Of a stretch of DNA of 64,000 nucleotides, positions 60,663 through 64,000 are shown piece after piece. Each line of letters begins with the position of its first letter. Positions within the stretch are counted from its first letter, which is position 1. This stretch comes from Emiliania huxleyi CCMP1516 (lineage: Eukaryota), in NCBI RefSeq assembly GCF_000372725.1, contig NW_005201213.1, positions 1 to 64,000 on the forward strand, given 5' to 3'. The notes under the pieces were generated by a model, which ran no database searches, was not told where the DNA came from, and saw nothing but the letters and a program-made list of their open reading frames with translations. The position numbers and the translations under genes are program-made.

Positions 60663-61784
60663 GCGCCTACCGGCCACGAGCGGTGCGCGGTCCGCCCCTT
60701 GTCTCACGCCCCTTCGAGCTCGGCCGGCGAGCAAGGCCGAGCAGCAACGCCGCCGCCGCTGCGAACGACTCGAGCGCAATCACACCGAGCGAGGTCATGA
60801 CGATGCCGAAGCCGAGGCTGTCGTTGAGCGCCGCGAAGGCGGGGAGAGACAGCGGCCCGCCCGTTGAGAGCGGCCCCTGCAGGTAGGCCGCCACGACGGC
60901 GAGCGAGACGGCAAACGCGGGCGCGGCACCTGGGGACACATGTACATGTCCAACTCTTCCGTGTCGCGGCGAGCGAGGCGGTCGACGCGGGCGCGGCACC
61001 CGCATTCATCACCGCCGCCTCGCGCTCCTCGCCCAGCTCGTCGTCAGCCGGGCGGAAGAGCTCGCCTGGGAGAGACGCAGTCCGGCAGCGCCTCGGACAA
61101 GGGCAGACGCTGCCGAGACGCTGCCGAGACGCTTCCGCGATGCTGCCGAGATGCCGCCGAGACGCTGCCGAGACACTGCGGAGGGGAGGCACTGATTGTC
61201 TGGTGTTCGTGTGTCTGCGTGTCGCTCCAGCGAGCCGTCATCATCTATCTTCCACCCGCGACGGCGAGGCCGAGGAGCGGCTGCAGCAGGTCGGACGTGG
61301 CGAGCAGGGCAAAGAGGCACGCCGCGAGGCGGTAGACGGCACCCGGGTCGAGCTCGGTGAACTTGAGGATCGCGTACAGCCCTCCGAGGACGGCGCTCGC
61401 AAAGAGAGGCGCCAGCGCGGCGGAGCGAGACGAGATGGGCGACGACTCACCGAGGTCTTGCCGTTTGACGCCGAGGTACACCGAGCCGAGCGCGACGGCA
61501 GAGAAGTAGAGCAGTCGCGCTACATTGGAGGTTTCGGGGCCCAGTCCAGCCCAGTCGACCGCTGGGACAAGAGCGACGATTGAGGTGAGGCCGACGTAGG
61601 CTCCTAAGTCGCGTCGAACAACCTGGGTCGCAGGCGTTGTCGCTGGCGCATCGCCCTCATCAGCTGCCCTCATCAGCTGAGGTCGCGCGCGCAGCTGCAG
61701 CCTGCCCACCTGCGCAGCCGTGATCTGCGCAGCCGTGGGATAATTCCACGCAAGCGTGGGCAGGTGCAAGCAGCACGCCAACAT
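59645..61784 (-). CDS. Signal peptide peptidase-like intramembrane aspartyl protease (A22B), multi-exon
   Basis: GLFCYDAFFVF (YD), FSVLGLGDVVVPG (GxGD), GQPALVYIVP (PAL). N-terminal targeting-like extension. Confidence 0.88.
60567..60658. repeat. (GA)n microsatellite, intronic
   Basis: Directly visible. Confidence 0.95.
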
Positions 61785-62182
61785 TTGGACCGAGGGTTCG
61801 GGCTCCTAGCCGTGAGGGTGTCTTTTGACGTATAGTACGCAGGGTTTGTCGTTTGAGGTGCTCATATGGGGGGTTGAGGACACGTTTCTGTGGTTGTGCG
61901 TCGTCTCGCTATCGTTTGCGTATTGTGTGTGCCCTTCCTTACTCTCCGCTCCTGCCTGGAGCGACGCGTATACCATAGAGACGTATTTCACCACGGAGGG
62001 CGTGGTCGTCGACGTGGACGACGGCCGCCTCTGGGTGTCCGCCAACCTCAGCTTCCGCCCCGGCCGCACGGTCGAGGGGGAGGCTGCGGCGTTGGGGGCT
62101 TTCGTTTCAGCCAGACTGAGCTGTCCGCGGTGCGTGTGCTTTCTTTTTAAAACTCCGCTTCTGGGTGTCTATGTTCTTTTTT

Positions 62183-62229
62183 GCACAACACTGGGCACGG
62201 GACTGGCTCGCACTGGCACTACACAGGTA
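62183..62229 (-). repeat. Dispersed repeat family A, copy 6
   Basis: GCACAACACTGGGCACGGGACTGGCTCGCACTGGCACTACACAGGTA is the near-perfect inverse of copy 3. Confidence 0.85.
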
Positions 62230-62698
62230 GACCATTATTTTTTGCCTGTGCTCCAACCGTCCGTGAGAGAGTTGTTTTCGTCGAATTCTTTTTGCGGTAC
62301 GATCTGATAAGCAAACGACTAAACAGTAAACTAAACTAGATTGTTGCAGATGGGGGACGCGCTCGCGGAGACGAGGCGCAGCGCGCCATATCGGAGAGGT
62401 CGGTCGTCGGTGTGGCCGGTGTGCGACGTCAGGGCACAGCCACACAGGGGTTACAGGGGAGGGCGGAGGGGGGGCGGGGGGGGGGGAGGTCTCGAGGCAA
62501 CGAGGGGGGGGTGCTAGTGGGTGGGATGAGGGGGGCGGGAGAATAAACAGCTTTTCACAGGAGGGGTACGCGTTACGCATGGTGATACCTCACTCGCCTC
62601 AGTGCCCCGGCATTTCCGCATCCGGCCCTTCGACCTTCTCATACACATCGCTCTACTGCGTACTCTGACTACCCTGGTATACTCGTCTCGACATAGGC

Positions 62699-63945
62699 TC
62701 ACGTGCTCTCGAGCGCCGGGTCCTCACCCGCGCCCCGGCTCAGCAGGGCCGACGTCACCCGCGGGGCCAGGCGCGGTGCATCGCCCTCGCCCTCGCCCTC
62801 GCGCGCAGCGGCTGAGGCCTGCCCGTGCGCTGCGGCCTCCCGCCGCTGCTCCGCAAACGCCCAGAGCGTGATCCCGGAGACGGTCAACGGAAGGCCCCAC
62901 AGGAGCGACGGGTGAAAGGTGCTGGCGAGATGGCCCATCAGGGCGGGCGCGGACAGCGCCGCCGCCACGAGCGGAAGCTGCAACGCGGCGAGGAGAAAGT
63001 ACACCGCCGCGCCCGCCTGCTGCACGGTTGCAAACTCGAAGGCGGCGAAGAGGGTCCCTGCGCCGCGCGCCGGGCGGCGTGGCGCGAGAGGGACAGGCAC
63101 GGACGGGGGAGGGAGGCGGCATTCGGGCTTGGTGGCGGCGGGGCGCCTGGGACAGCAAAGGCGAGCACCGCCGCCGCTGCGCCGCTGCAGCCAGTCTCGC
63201 GCAGCAGGCACAGCGCACCGGCGGAGTAGTCGTCACGCACGGCGTGCAGCGGCGGCAGGCCGCGCAGCGCCGACACAGCCAGATTCGAGGGCAGGTTGAG
63301 CGGGAGCGCGAAGAGGCCCGTCCAGAATGTAGCTCGCAGCACCGACCGCAGCTGAGGCCAGGCGCGTGGGGTAGGTCCCGGTGGCGCCAGGACGGCCTCC
63401 GAAAGCACGTTGGCGGCCGCTGCCGGCACTCTCGACACCAGCAGCGCCCACGCCCATCCCCACTGCAAGCTGGTGGTGATCGGCCCGCCAAATCTCTGCG
63501 AGGCGACGACGCCAGCGGTCACCGCGGCGGCGGCAATCCAGTGCAGCCTGCCGTAGCTCTTTCCGAGCAGCGATGCCGAGATGAGGAGCGTGATGGGGAT
63601 GACCGCCTGCTGAATCACGGTGGTCAGGCTGCCATTGTCAGGGCCGAGGCCGTCGATGGCGCTGATCTCGAGGGTGTTTTGCAGCACAAAGAGAGCGGCC
63701 AGCCCCAGCCACACCCTCATCCGGACCGGGGCTTGCCTCCGCCGCGGGGCGAGGCCGCTCAGGTCGAGGCAGACGAGGCCAGCGCCGCTGATGGTGCACT
63801 GGATAGCGGCGTTGATCTGCATTGTGAACTGCGGCGCGGCGGCCAAGATGAAGAGTTCGCGATAGTAGAGCACCGTGCTCACAGTCGCGACGGTGACGTT
63901 GCTCACGCACACGAGGACGACGACTCGCGCCCGGCTCACGCGCAT
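62699..63945 (-). CDS. CRT-like (chloroquine-resistance-transporter-like, DMT superfamily) transporter, 2 exons
   Basis: About 10 hydrophobic segments. GSLTTVIQQAVIPITL..S..LLGKSY, VPAAAANVLSE and GALCLLRETGC. One intron at ~63058-63145. Confidence 0.75.
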
Positions 63946-64000
63946 CGGCGCGTCGTGCCGAAGGCACGTTCGCCGCACAAGGCGCGCAGCAAACTGGTTC

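Overview
High-GC eukaryotic genomic scaffold with five N-gaps. Short GC-AG introns, SPPP proline linkers, 'RRL' motifs and the gene families suggest a haptophyte such as Emiliania/Gephyrocapsa huxleyi (inference). The dominant feature is a ~19.4 kb minus-strand, 10-exon gene (6764-26205, ~6,200 codons) that I reconstructed by hand. It encodes a giant receptor-like protein: F-type lectin, 3 MAM, CUB, beta-helix, 11 near-identical 260-aa Cys-rich repeats, ~9 transmembrane helices, and two cytoplasmic TIR-like domains, the first keeping the NADase-type Glu. The TIR part is split by tiny GC/GA-donor introns and is invisible in the ORF track. The rest of the window is a mosaic. Apparently intact genes: NXPE/PC-esterase-like, GT32 glycosyltransferase, HSP20, a 1009-aa hypothetical, U-box, RING-ARM, double AP2, CCHC zinc-knuckle, signal peptide peptidase and a CRT-like transporter. 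Gene fragments or pseudogenes: Gypsy RT, sulfotransferase, YtqB/MnmM-like methylase, DD3-3-like, PP2C and a duplicated secreted protein. There are also several small dispersed repeat families at rearrangement junctions and an interstitial (TTAGGGG)n telomere-like array. No rRNA, convincing tRNA or CRISPR was seen. All protein calls come from motif recognition, not database searches.
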